Shown here piece by piece: positions 27,101 through 38,780 of a DNA stretch of 64,000 nucleotides; position 1 is the first letter of the stretch; each line of letters starts with the position of its first letter. The notes under the pieces were generated by a model, which was not told where the DNA came from, did no database searches, and worked only from the letters and a program-made list of their open reading frames with translations. Source of the DNA: Macrostomum lignano (taxonomy: Eukaryota). The stretch spans positions 29,218 to 93,217 of the forward strand of contig NIVC01001605.1 of the NCBI GenBank assembly GCA_002269645.1, read 5' to 3'. The position numbers and the translations under genes were made by a program.

Positions 27101-29483
27101 GGTCCTTGCCTTTGCGGTGGTTAAGCTGGAAGCGGAACTCGCTAAGGCGTTCGATCCAGCGGCCTAAAATACCTGTGGCCTGAGTTTGGTTCAGTAACCA
27201 CAGTAAGGCCCGATGATCGGATCGAACTTCAAACTTCTTGCCGATTAAGTAATGACGGAAATGTCGCATAGCGTCCAAAATTGCAAGCAGCTCTTTCTTC
27301 GTGACCGTGTAGCGCTTCTCAGGATCGCGAAGTTTACGGCTAAAGAACGCAATTGGACGTTCGACGCCGTCGGATTGCAGTTGTCCAAGGCAAGCGCCTA
27401 TTCGAATATCAGAGGCATCCGTGTCGAGGACAAACTTCACTGCAGGATCAGAATTAAACTCAGGCAGAGCGAGAACTTCAGTAGAACACAGTTTCTTCTT
27501 CAGAGTGTCGAACGCGTGCTGATGCTCAGGAGTCCAGTGCTGCCGCAGGCTGCCAATGTCCTTTCGCGTCAGGGCATGCAGCGGCGCAGCCACTCCAGCG
27601 TAGCCGTCGACAAACTTGTGGTAGTAATTGGCGAGGCCTAGGAATTGTCTCAGTTGAGTAACGGACTGTGGCACGGGCCAATCACGGATCTGCGCAATCT
27701 TGTCCTCACAGGTCTTCAGGCCGTCGGGAGTCACGACGTGACCTAAATAATGCAGCTCCTTGAGGAACAAATGACACTTCTTCGGTTTCACTTTGAGGTT
27801 GGCTGCGATGATGCGCTGGAGTACAGTTCGCAAGTTATCCAGCTGTTCCTCGAAAGTCACTGAGTGCACCACGATGTCGTCCATGTAGCCAAGCGCAGTC
27901 TTTGGCGTCAGGCCGTCCAGGAGCTTATTGATGCAACGCTGAAAGCTGCCGGGACTATCGTGGAGACCCATCGGTAGAACGTTAAAACAGAATTGGCCGC
28001 GGTCGATTACTGAGAACGCCGTCAGTGCTGGTCGCAGTCCGCAGCGGGATCTGCCAGAATCCTTGAGCAAGGTCCAGCTGGAATACCACTGAGCACCACG
28101 AAGCTTCGCGAAGGTTTCCTGGATGTGCGGCAGCGGATACGGGTGATACACACACCTATCGTTGAGAGCTCTGAAGTCGTGGACTAGTCGGATGTTGCCG
28201 TCCTTCTTGGGCACGATGAGCATTGGCGAATTGTAGCTCGAGTAGGCAGGGCGAATGATGTGCTTCGCCAGCATCTCGTCTAGCAGGGCGTCGAGCTTGT
28301 CCTTCAGATGAGGCGGGATTCGGCGCGGTGGTAGCGCAACTGGTGTCCGGTCCTTCAAGATGATCTCGTGGGTCACCAGGTGAGTCAGGCCGGCGTCTAG
28401 CGAGTGCTTGGAGAAGGCCGTTTGACATTCGACTAGTAGATCTCGCACTCTTTGATGTTGTTCTTTGGACAATTCGCTGTTGATCTCGACTTCATCTAGC
28501 CATGCTGTGCTGGACTCTTCAGAGTTCTTCGGGAGATGTCGCACTTCAGGTTCTGGCGTCTCGCTCAAGTACATCAGGTCGGCAGTTCGGAGTGGCGTCG
28601 CGACACCAACACGGATACCGGCTTGCAGAAACACTTCGCTGTCAGCGGTGTTGACGACCTCAATGTAGCCGCGACCTTCAGGCATCGTCATCAGAGCAGG
28701 CGCTGCTTCCAGAGCGTTGCAGCTGGGATGCAGCCTCGACTTAACCAGCTCGACAATTGATGGCGATCCTCGATTCTCAGGGTGGCCGTCATCCAGTCTG
28801 ACGGCAAGCAACGCTGAACTTCTAGGCGGCAGGGTGCACTTCTCGGAGGTGTACACTCGGCAGTTCTGAAGCTCACGACGCGAATAGCGAACGGGGATGC
28901 ACGCGCCGTTGTTAAACTTCAACATTCCTTGAGCGAAGTCCAAGTTCTGGCAGTGCTCTCGCATAAACGATACGCCAAGCAAGTTTTCACAATCGGAGAC
29001 CGTGACGAGGAATTCGGTGTCCGCGACGACATCACCGAACTCCACCGGAATGGTCACCTTACAAGCAAGTGGGAGCTGCGTCCCATCATACATAGTTACG
29101 CAATCGGGAATAGCATGCGATATAATACAACGAGGCATCCGACGTCTAATAGCGGCCCAGGTTGACGAACCAAGAAAGTTTTTCCGGCTGCCGCTGTCAA
29201 GCAAGAAAGGGACCTCTCGACTCGCAACTCGACCTGTGACGTACGGATCGGCCTCACGCGCATGGATTTTTTGATTCGGGGAGGTGTCCACGAAACCTCC
29301 GCACTCCGCGTCACTTACTGACGAGTGACTGTCGGACTGGGCATTGGCGCCTGCACAGCCGACATTCTCTTCTTCTGGTGACCTCTCGGATTCTGCCAAG
29401 TAGCCTGGGCTTGGACCTCGCGGAGGGCGGTGCCGTTGTCGCTCTCCGCCTGGCCGTTTCCCTGGTTCTGGCGCATCGGGCAC
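24166..29483 (-). CDS. pol: Gypsy Pol (protease, RT, RNase H, ~340-aa insert, integrase), probably extending to 24166 after a 1-bp fix at G4 24657-24660
   Basis: LLDSGS, YMDD, TDASD, RSDHRAL, HSSPLCGH...CRTC, HCDVVG, HTDQG, SNGQVE. The downstream frame gives an acidic tail and RPARNRRQPERL, typical of Gypsy IN C-termini. Confidence 0.93.
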
Positions 29484-30639
29484 TGGGCGTTGCGATGACC
29501 GGGCTGTCCGCAGCTATAGCAGATTATAGCTCTCTTTGGCGGGCTGGCTACCTGCTGTTGGTCACGCTGCACCAGGTGATCCAGCATTCGCTGCTGCTTC
29601 TCATCAAGTCGGTTAGAGTCAGTAAGGCTTGGGCGGTGACGTCGGGTTTCGGGTCGCCGTCCTCCTCCCCGTCCAACATCCTAACCGGGGGTTGAGCAGA
29701 TCGGTGCGCCAATTCTTTGGCGCCTTCTAGTCGTCGTAGCTCTCGAATCGCAGCAAGAAGATTGTTCGGGCGAACCCAGTACAGCCGTTCGCGCAGATCT
29801 GGAGTCGTCCGGATACCAGCAAGAAATTGATCAGTAATCTCCTTCTCGCGGTCTTCAGGATGCATTCGAGGATATGCACGTTCACCCAGAGTTCTCAGGG
29901 CGTCAGCGAACTCTTCTGCTGACTCATTCTTGCCTTGTTGACGACGCCTAAACAGCTCTCTATACTCATCAGCACCACCATGACGGGCAAATCGCTCAAT
30001 CAGACGCTGCTTGACCTCCTCGTAGCTGGCGAAACGCGGGAGTTTCATACTAAGCAAAGAAGGATATGCAGTAGCCAAATCAAGACTCGCAATGAGGTGT
30101 TGCTTCATCTCGAACGGGTCGACGATGCGCTCCATCTCGCAACGCTGCTCGAACGCGGCAAGCCAGACATGAATGTCCTGACTTGGAGTATACTTCACAA
30201 TCTTAACTTGTTTACTCACAGGCCGCTCCATCTGCTGCTGCAGAGCTGCCATCATGGTCCTCTCGTCCTGGTGCGTGATGTTCCGGCCGATGTTGTCCAG
30301 GCCTTGCAGAAGCTCGTCTGGCGGGTCGTCGGACACGTCGCTTCTGGCACCTCGCCTCGGCGTCGGCTGCTGACCAAAGTCGTTGATCGCTGCTGCTGCT
30401 GCGGCGTCCGCTGCCGCAGGCCTCGAACTGCTGATGTGCTGATCCAGCCGGCTGCTGCACCGGCTCTCGTCTCGTTCGTTGAACATGTTGAACTCGTAGT
30501 AGTTACTGGCCGATGTCGTTCTCGAAAGAGCGGTTGGCTTGGGTGTGTCGTAGTCGGATCTCACCGCTGCGTCACCAGTGAAATAGATAGCGTTTTTCTC
30601 GGGGTGGCCTGGTAGGTCTTTGAATCCCACCGCTGCCAC
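29315..30639 (-). CDS. gag: Gypsy Gag with CCHC knuckle; frameshift near 29602; likely ATG at MFNERD
   Basis: WLAAFEQRCEM, FRRRQQGKNESAEEFADALRTL. CYSCGQPGHRNAQC lies in the adjacent frame; one extra G gives LMEKQQRMLDH. Confidence 0.85.
29456..29462 (-). promoter_or_regulatory. -1 ribosomal frameshift slippery site G GGA AAC (gag to pol)
   Basis: X XXY YYZ heptamer in the gag frame just after the knuckle. Pol is in the -1 frame. A downstream GCGGAG/CTCCGC stem follows. Confidence 0.75.
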
Positions 30640-30641
30640 CA
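30556..30641 (-). promoter_or_regulatory. Two tRNA-Leu primer-binding sites: perfect one at 30622-30641 inside the LTR, bulged one at 30556-30577 just outside
   Basis: TGGTGGCAGCGGTGGGATTC is complementary to the conserved tRNA-Leu(AAG/UAG) 3' end GAAUCCCACCGCUGCCACCA. The second site reads TGGTGACGCAGCGGTGAGATCC. Confidence 0.85.
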
Positions 30642-31639
30642 GTGAAGTACAATGGGTTTTCTTCCCGGTTTAGGCCCTTGCGGATTACCTTAATCTTGAG
30701 CCTCTTCAGTGGGAAGTTCTCTCAACTCTCTCAGTAGCGTAGGTAGTGCTGCCACCAGTTCCTTCAGGTCTCGGCCTTCGATAAGGTGAGCTTCCCGTCG
30801 GAACGAAATAAACAAGTCAACGAACTCAGCACAGTGTGCAGATTTGCAGATTAATGAACAAGGCGTCCTGATCAGCAGATCCCCGCCGGGCTCAGGGGTG
30901 GCTGGGAAGGCAGTGTTAGCCTCCCTTAGGCTTGGGCTTTAGTGGGGTCTCAGTCAGACCAGTACAAACGGATTCAGTACGCAAAGGGCACTTAGTTAGA
31001 CACTGACGCACACGGGTTCTTAGTGAATTCTCCGCAGATAAGAAGCCAAAAATCCTTGACGGAAACAAGGGGAGAGGGGTCCTATTTATAGCCGGGAAAC
31101 ACCCACGCACAAGACCTCGTGACTTGTTCTATTTTTAGAACTGACGTCACTTGAGATCTCGAGGCAGGGTCTCAGTGCGCGCAAGACCTCGTGACTCGTT
31201 CTATTTTTAGAACTGACGTCACTTGAGGTCTCCGGCCAGAGTACACGCGGCTGTGACTCAGTTGCTATTTTTAGCAACATGAGTCACTCCTCTCCTTAGA
31301 GAAGGGAGGGTTCCGAAAGCACGTGATTCTCCCGGTAAACAGGGCCAACGAGTGCAGTAAACATGTTTACTGCACTTTAGGACTCGAAGAACGCAGAGTC
31401 TGTCATGTGACTTGCTCACATGACAGAGGAAAACGGGACGGGAACGAAACAGAGACAGCCCACAGCAGAGAAGCTGAGGGCTGAGAACAGAGACGCAGAA
31501 GGGCAGAACAGGCCAAGGGCAGCAACAGACGGGCCAAGGGGGGTGGGAAGCTGACCAGCGGCAGACAGCAACCCAGGGCGAGGGCGAGGGAGACTGCTGA
31601 CAAAGTGGGACGCCTAACATCAACTAGCGGATCACTACA
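30579..31639 (-). repeat. 5' LTR of the Gypsy element
   Basis: Starts TGTAGT, ends ATTTCA, followed by a PBS-like sequence. TATA CTATAAATAG at 31091-31082. Confidence 0.95.
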
Positions 31640-31680
31640 CAGCCTTTAAGTTGCCCATAAGCAATACGCTCATAATTACA

Positions 31681-32188
31681 CAGGGGCGTCGCAATGGATT
31701 TTATGGTGGGGGACAAAGCCAAGAATTGTACATGTACATGTAAAATGACTTAATTCCTAAATGTACAATATTTTTCAAAATCGGTGTTGTCAGCCATCAT
31801 TCAAGCGCCGCAGGCACCATTTTAGCGCAGCAGGCACTCATTTTGGCGCCGCAGGCACTCATTTTAGCGCCACAGGCACTCATTTTAGCACCACATGCAC
31901 TCATTTTATCGCCACAAGCACCATTTTAGCACCGCAGGCACTCATTTTGGCGCCGCAGTCACTTATTTTAGCGCCACAAGCACCATTTTAAGCACACAAG
32001 CATCATTTTAGCGCCGCAGGCACCATTTTGGTCCACAGGCGCTATCTTTTGTCGCTCTGAAGCAAATTTTTTATTTCCATAACAGATCAAGGTAGGGTGG
32101 GGGGACAAAGCATTGGCATGTCCTCCATAACTTTTACTGGGGGGGGGAGACACATATGTCCGTCTGTCCCCCGTTGGCGACGCCCCTG
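31681..32188. mobile_element. MITE with ~14-bp TIR (CAGGGGCGTCGC), 7-bp TSD AATTACA and an internal ~22-bp tandem array (31805-32030)
   Basis: CAGGGGCGTCGCAA ... TTGGCGACGCCCCTG; aattaca on both sides; gcgccgcaggcactcatttt units. Confidence 0.85.
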
Positions 32189-32214
32189 AATTACATGGAA
32201 TATAGTTTCTTCAG

Positions 32215-34996
32215 CAGCTGCTCGGGCACGTTGTACGCGCGGATCACCTTTGGGAGCACAGACCTGACGAGCGACCGAGTCGAATGCCTTCTTGAAATCT
32301 ATGAAGATAACAAAAAGGATCGACTGGCGTATCCATGCTTCCTCGATGACTCGCCGAAGAGCCAGCTAGCTAGGATCTGCGTCACTGTGCCGCGATGGGG
32401 CCGAAGCCGTTCTGTTTATGGCGCAGGTACGGATCCAGCACGGGCTGCAACCGCGATAGCAGCATCTGGTTGAACAACTTCGCAGCGCAGGACTGAATGC
32501 AGATACCTCGATGCTCCTCAAGCCTCGTGGTGCCCGGCTTCTTAGGACTTCAAAGATGTGCGCCGTGGTCCATTCGTTGGTTGCCTCCTCACCGAATAGC
32601 ACGCGATGCATCACTCTGGCAACCTCACTGGCCACTGGCGCAGCGCCTCGATGGGCACATCATCCGGACTGTTGCCTGTTGGGCGAGCCTCACAACGTCG
32701 GCTGTGCTGACTTGTGCTAGACCTAGCTGAAGCTCTCCTCTGCCGGCAACGGCATCTCCGGCGGCAGCGTCAGACTGCCTGGCAGCGGGGGTGGCGGCGC
32801 GTTGACAATGGCTGCGAGGAAGTCGCGCAGCTCGTTCCTGCGCTCGCCTGCAGAGTCGCCCGCCAGGTTTAGCGATATGCGCCGCTTTCGCCCCATCAGA
32901 GCATTGATAGCCGAACAGGCCACGCGACCTATGGAATCGGGCCCGAATGGCGTCATCAACAGCAGCCTGCTGGCACTGCAGATAGACAGCCGTTTAGGCC
33001 TTCGTGTTGGTCGCCTGCTCAAACGGAGTCTCTCCGGCTCTTCCCTCGCTAGCCGAATCGCGGGGTCGTCTTGCCATACCGACTGCTCCCTCCGGGCCGT
33101 TCGCATCAGCGGGACTGCTTGTTCCGCGGCGGCTGGAACTGCAGCGCTCGGCACCTCCACGCTTGCCGCCGAGCGCAGTGATGAAAGCGCTAGCAAAGCG
33201 GCTGTGCGTGTTGGCGTCCCTGAGCGCGCGGTAGTAGCGCCGCGGTGGCCGCTTCGGCGGACGGTAGAGCGGATCTCGAAGACGAAGGTCGCAGACGAGG
33301 AGTCGATGATCAGACCACAGAGCCAGCGGCGTGATGGCGCGGCATTTGACGAAGCGCACCAGCACATGATCGAGCTGTGCCTGCCTCCGTGTTGTGTTCC
33401 CGCCACGCGCGATCCAACGCCTGCGCCTGTAGCCCACAAAAGTTGCGAGCCTGCCCAGCGGCTTGCGGAAGCGGGTGTTGGCCGACACCATGTCCTGCCG
33501 CTCTAGGAAGTCCTCCAGCGCTCCGGTGTTGCCGTTCTCACGCGGTGTGACGAACAGTGACCGTTCGGACCTACGCAAAACCGCATTCAGGTCTCCGAGG
33601 ATTAACACTGTGTCACGCTGCGCCTTTGCCTCCACCTGTAACGAGAGCTGCTCAAAGATTTCTAGAGCCTCGTCAGGTCGGGTGGCAGGAGGCGCGTGCG
33701 CAGAACAGGCGAGCGTTTCGGCCGCGAAGCCGAACGTCGACCCGGAGCAGCCGAGGGGACAGAGAGACGCAGCGACATCTCAGCCGCAGCCTCGGTCCGA
33801 CCAGCGCTCCAACTCCTTCACGGCCTCGTCGTCCGCCGATGTGTAGTACATGTAGAGGGTCCATCCGGCGCCCAGATCCTCACAGTGTAGCCCCGGATCA
33901 GCCTTAATAGACACCTCCTGCAGTGCGATGACGTCACAGCTTTGGTCGAGCGCTAGCTTTGCCAGAGCCCCTCTCTGCCAGACGGCCTTGAGCGTGCGAC
34001 AGTTCCGCAATCACGGCGATGTACCGTGATACGAAAGCTGCTGTTTCAACACCGGACGGCATCGGACTTATTTGAGACATCCTACCGGGGTGCTTCAGGG
34101 AGATGCTCGCGCCGTTCCTGTTCGTTCTGGTGCTTGACTGGGTGCTGCGGACCGCGATCTTCCTACTAACGACGACGGCGTTCTGTTGCGGCGACGCGTG
34201 GGTCGATGTCAACCGGAGAGGCGGCTCAGCGTGCTTGGCTACGCCGACGACATCGCCCTGCTGTCCTCAACTGTCGAGGGTGCCCAGCGACAAGTGGACA
34301 AGCTAGTTGCTGTTGCGGCGAGTGTCGGCCTGGTGGTCATCGGCCTGATGGACGACATCGAGACTGCGATTTTGTGCCGAGGCGCTGATGGATAGGCGAC
34401 AAACTTCCGCGTGTCAGCAGTTCGTCTACCTCGGCGGTCTGGTTCCCGGCGTCTGCGAGGATTTGCGGCGTCGCCGCGGGCTTGCCTGGGCTGCCTTTTG
34501 TTCTGTGAGGCCTGACGTGCAGTCCGAGGTCTTACCTGACCGCCTGAGGGCGGCGTTGTTTCAGGCGGTAATCGAGACCGTCCTGCTGTACAACGCCGAG
34601 ACCTGGACGCTGATGAAGTCGCTCGAGCAACAAGTTGACGCAGCGCACGCTGGCCTGCTGCGCGCTGCCTTCAAGATTGGCTACGAGTGAGTGGCCAACG
34701 CGGCTTTGTATCGCCACGCCGGCCGGGTCCGTCCACAGCGAGCTGTTGCGCCGTCGGCGGCTACAGCTGGAAGGCCACATCATCCGCGCCGAGTCTTACT
34801 GAGCCGGTGCAGGAGCTGTGCAGCGGCCAACGCGCAGTCACCCTACTGGCGGGGGCAGGCGCGCACTCAGCGTTTCGTCGACTGCCTGCTGGCTGACGCT
34901 GGCGCTCTGGATTCGGCCGGCGGCGTGGCGTTTATTCGCGACCTGGCCTTGAAGCGCGCCCTGTGACGCTAAATGCGTATTCTGTTGTTGTTGTTG
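32215..34996. mobile_element. RTE-like LINE with inverted 5' part: APE + RT N-terminus on minus (32215-34010), RT C-terminus + tail on plus (34003-34996)
   Basis: APE motifs DVIALQEV, ILGDLNA, QLDHVLV, SDHRLL on minus. APFLFVLV and YADDIALLS on plus. (GTT)n tail at 34983-34996. Confidence 0.88.
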
Positions 34997-36604
34997 TTAT
35001 AATTTCCTAATCGCGATTACCTAGATCAGAAGGCACAATGTGTTTCTCCCGAAAGCCCCACATATGTAACATTTTACTTTGCATGTTCATGGGCGCGTAA
35101 CATAACATTTATATTATATATACGAGTACTATTGTAGGTGATTGCAACACACATGTATGTAACGCGCTTTACATACGTACATGTATATATCTATTTAATA
35201 CATACATGTATGTATGCTCTCAATCCCGATCACCTTAAAGTTTTAGTTTTATCTATAATTTAAGAAAATTATCCATTAATTCATCAAATAGTCTATGGAT
35301 GGATATACTTATCCAAGAAAGCAAACCATCGTTGCGCCACCATATTTAATTTGCTTCTTCAGTTTTTGACAGCTGGCCTCATCTCTTTTTGCAAGAGATT
35401 ATAATGTGGCAGGAAAAAAATCGAATAAAGGACTCACTTCTTTAAAACTGAGTGAGTTTTGTGTGCAACGAATGCTTCGTTAGAAATTCTTTGGGACTAG
35501 TACTGTGTCTTTGATTTCCAGCTGTATGTCCTTCTTCCTAACGATTTTCACCTGACAAATTAATCCTTAATATAAGTGAATAATGTAATATTTTTGTTTA
35601 CTTTAGAAATACTTTATTATTTTAAACTTAACATATTCTTAGGCAAAAATTGTAAATTATTTTGTTAATCAAAGGTAAAAATACGCTTTGAACATAATTT
35701 TAGCGAGATTTTAAAAGCCACTCTTTTACGACATGTTATATACAAAGCTTACAAACTAACCAATGAAACCGTTAAACGGTTCGCGTCGGTACAGCCACTT
35801 CCCCCAAAATTCCCAATGACCCCTATTCTTTTTGCTCTTTAACAGGTGTTTTAACTAGCGAGCTGCTGGGTTCAGAAAATTAAAACCCTGACGGCCTGAG
35901 GCTTAGAAAATTGCCTCAATTCCCAACTAGGTGTTGAAATCTCACAATAGCATTGAATTGGTACTTCAGCTAGGCCTAAGCCTTAAATCTTATTAACTTA
36001 ATTGTACGATGGTGCTTTATTGATACAATAATTTATTGTTAAAAAGGCTTTTGGAAACTATGGATATGCCTATGGTAGATAGCTGCTCTTATGGCTACGA
36101 CTATGAAAACATGGTAATTGCAGTTGTAGTCACATTCCATAGATTCCTGTAAGTGTAGCCATGCCCTTAGTTTTAAATTTGAAGAATTTCACTAGCAAAT
36201 TCTAACTATTAATGTGAAGAAGTTTAATAATGGTGCTTTCAGTAGTAGGTAGATATGTAATCTTAAAAAGTGCAATTAAAGTGCTTGTTTTAGTTTTTAT
36301 ATTAATTTGCAGTTGTTTAAATGGAGTAATTATAGGCATGGCAGCTGTGTTTATGACTATAATATTGGAGCTTATAGGCACAACAGACGTGTCTATAATA
36401 TTTGAGCTTATAGGCATGGCTTAGGCCTATATTTATAAAAATTGATACAGAATGGATATTCTATAAGGCTGTCTTACAAGCAAATGGTGGCTTTGTGAAC
36501 AGGCCTATGTCACCTGCCTTGTAATGGCATATACTATAGCAAGAAGCAAGGCTCAAATCCCAAGTAGGCAGTCTTTTTTTCAAATTTAAATTTTTTAGTG
36601 AATA

Positions 36605-36725
36605 AAATTTTTTTAATTTAATTTTATTTGAATTTTATTCAAATAAAATTCAAATTCAAATTTTAATTTTATTTGAATTTTATTCAAATAAAATTCAAAT
36701 TCAAATTTTAATTTTATTTGAATAA
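36605..36725. repeat. AT-only 46-bp tandem repeat (about 2.5 copies) with a 13-bp-arm hairpin
   Basis: tttgaattttatt-ca-aataaaattcaaa occurs twice. Confidence 0.85.
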
Positions 36726-36988
36726 GACTAACACTAAATCTTAAGGCTAAGTCAAATTCCAATTATATATATAGCTATATCTGTAAGTATTCAAACTTAT
36801 AGATTATTACAAATTTTATATTATAAGAAGTTTGCCATATTTTTGTTTATGCTCTTCACTTTAGTTATTGCTAGATCACATATTTAATGAGACTATTAAT
36901 GTTTAACTAATTTCAAAATGCAGCCAATCCCTATTGGAATAAATGCTTTAGAAAAAAGTCAAACTATTTTACTGCACTTTAGGATTAT

Positions 36989-37298
36989 TAGAGATGTTCC
37001 AAAAGATCTGCAGTTTCGTCGAAATCAAAATTTGCTAACTTTCCAAAATCAAAATTAAAATTTCCCAAAATCATAATTCAGAAAAACAAAGTTTAGTATG
37101 ATCAGCACTCACTTTTTACTTTCAATTTACTGCTTAAGTATAAGTAATGCATGTATATGTATTAGAAAATAGTTTATTTTTAGCAACTCTTTAGACACTA
37201 CCAAAATTTTCACTTCTAAATTTTTTTTCGAAATTGAAATTTGCTTTAAAAAATTTCAAATTTTGGAAAATTGAAATTGAATTTTTGGAACATCTCTA
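36989..37298. mobile_element. hAT-like MITE
   Basis: Perfect 16-bp TIR TAGAGATGTTCCAAAA / TTTTGGAACATCTCTA. Degenerate 8-bp flanks. Confidence 0.7.
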
Positions 37299-37650
37299 AG
37301 CTTAATAAACTACGAGTGTATAAGCCCCTTCAACAGAGATATTATACCCATTTCCATGTATATATATTTGGCATTTGCTAGAGCAACAGCCAATAAGAAA
37401 GGGCAGCGTGCGCAGGCAATGCGCCTGTGCGCTTTGCGCTTTAGAAAAATTTCAAAAGTGCGCTAGACACTGTCTGTGGTTTTACAACTTTTTCCTATAG
37501 GGCAGCCAATAAGTATAAAAAAATTATTTTTTTAGTAGCTTTTTTTTATTTTCTGCATTATAGACATGGCTGCCCTGATTGCAGCGCATGGGCATTTTGG
37601 CGGAAGGCGTCCGGCGCAGATCAGCCTGCGCGGCGCAGCATTGGTGGTGG

Positions 37651-38780
37651 ACCAGGGGTAAGTCGCAAAAATGCCACCCCATAGAATACAGGCGTAGTAC
37701 TAATTAGATGCCGAGGCATTTAGGCTTGATAAGACAGTCATAGTTACTCTTGCCGTTTACCCAAAACTGCGATAATTTTGCTTTAGGGTTTCTTTCACAG
37801 GTAAGTCATTTCACAGCGTGGCGCAGGTTGTGTAGGCATCTGGCGTACTTAATCCATGCGCTGCAATAGGGATGGCTGCATATCTCTAAGTGTGGCATTG
37901 TTTAAATACTCAAGCCAAGGTTATCTTCCTACATCCCAAATGCCTTTTGGCACCTTTAAGCTTGAGTTTTTGCTTTTTAAATGCATTTTTGTGCCTCTAA
38001 GCTTGATTTTTTGCCCTTTGCATGCATTTTTTGCATCTTTAAGCTTGATTTTTGCCTCACACATGATTTTTTGCACCTCCTAGCTTATAAATTAGTGCTC
38101 TTTATACTCATGTTGGCATCCTAAAACTTTGACTGCCCCCTCCCCCTAAATAAAACTCTAGATCTGCCACTGCTAATAGTTCTAGGCCTACTTCTATAGA
38201 CTCATCTGCCATCTAAACTAGGACATAATGTATGCTACATTTTCTATGGTAGTATAGATAGTATAAACAGTTTTTTTAAAGTGATTTTACAATGACCTAC
38301 AGTGGTATGCATATGCACATTGAACAAAGCTAAGTTTACTATTAATTTTTTGTTGGCTATTAAGATATGGCTAAAGTCTAATCTGGCTACTGTATACCTA
38401 ATCCTAGTAGAACAACTAGAAATTTGTTGAGGGGTAGATTCTGGAAAGTAAAGACCCAAAAGAGGGAGGCAGAAGAATGGCTTGCAAAAATTTGCTTGGT
38501 CCCCCCTTTGATTTTTTCTGGTCTTTGCCTGGGGGGGAGCATACATGCGCAACCTCCAAAATTCAGTCAGCCTTGCGACTTAGTTTTAACAAAAATGCAA
38601 CGTAGTTTTTGGCCAAAAATGCAACTTACATGTAAAAAAACTCTAACAGAAAATTAACGCAACTTTGGGTAAATGGCAAGAGTAACTATGACTGTCTTAT
38701 TAAGTCAAAATGCCTTGTCAGCTACTTAGTACTAATACTTTGGTATTTTTTCGGGTGGGCATTTTTGCAACTTCCTTGGT
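37651..38780. mobile_element. Non-autonomous DNA transposon with ~130-bp imperfect TIRs
   Basis: 37651-37790 is the reverse complement of 38640-38780 (e.g. taagacagtcatagttactcttgcc). Confidence 0.75.

Larger units (their letters stand above)
22574..31639 (-). mobile_element. Full-length young Ty3/Gypsy LTR retrotransposon
   Basis: TG...CA ends; 4-bp TSD CAGC (22570-22573, 31640-31643); 1061-bp LTRs at constant offset 8005 with no difference seen by eye; domain order gag, PR-RT-RH-IN; PPT. Confidence 0.97.

Noticed and set aside
30622-30641. tRNA-Leu gene fragment on the plus strand
   Set aside because: Only the 3' 20 nt including CCA are present, i.e. the complement of a PBS.
36050-36430. 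Ancient hAT transposase remnant (YGYDYENM)
   Set aside because: One weak motif in AT-rich decayed sequence; not supportable without a profile search.
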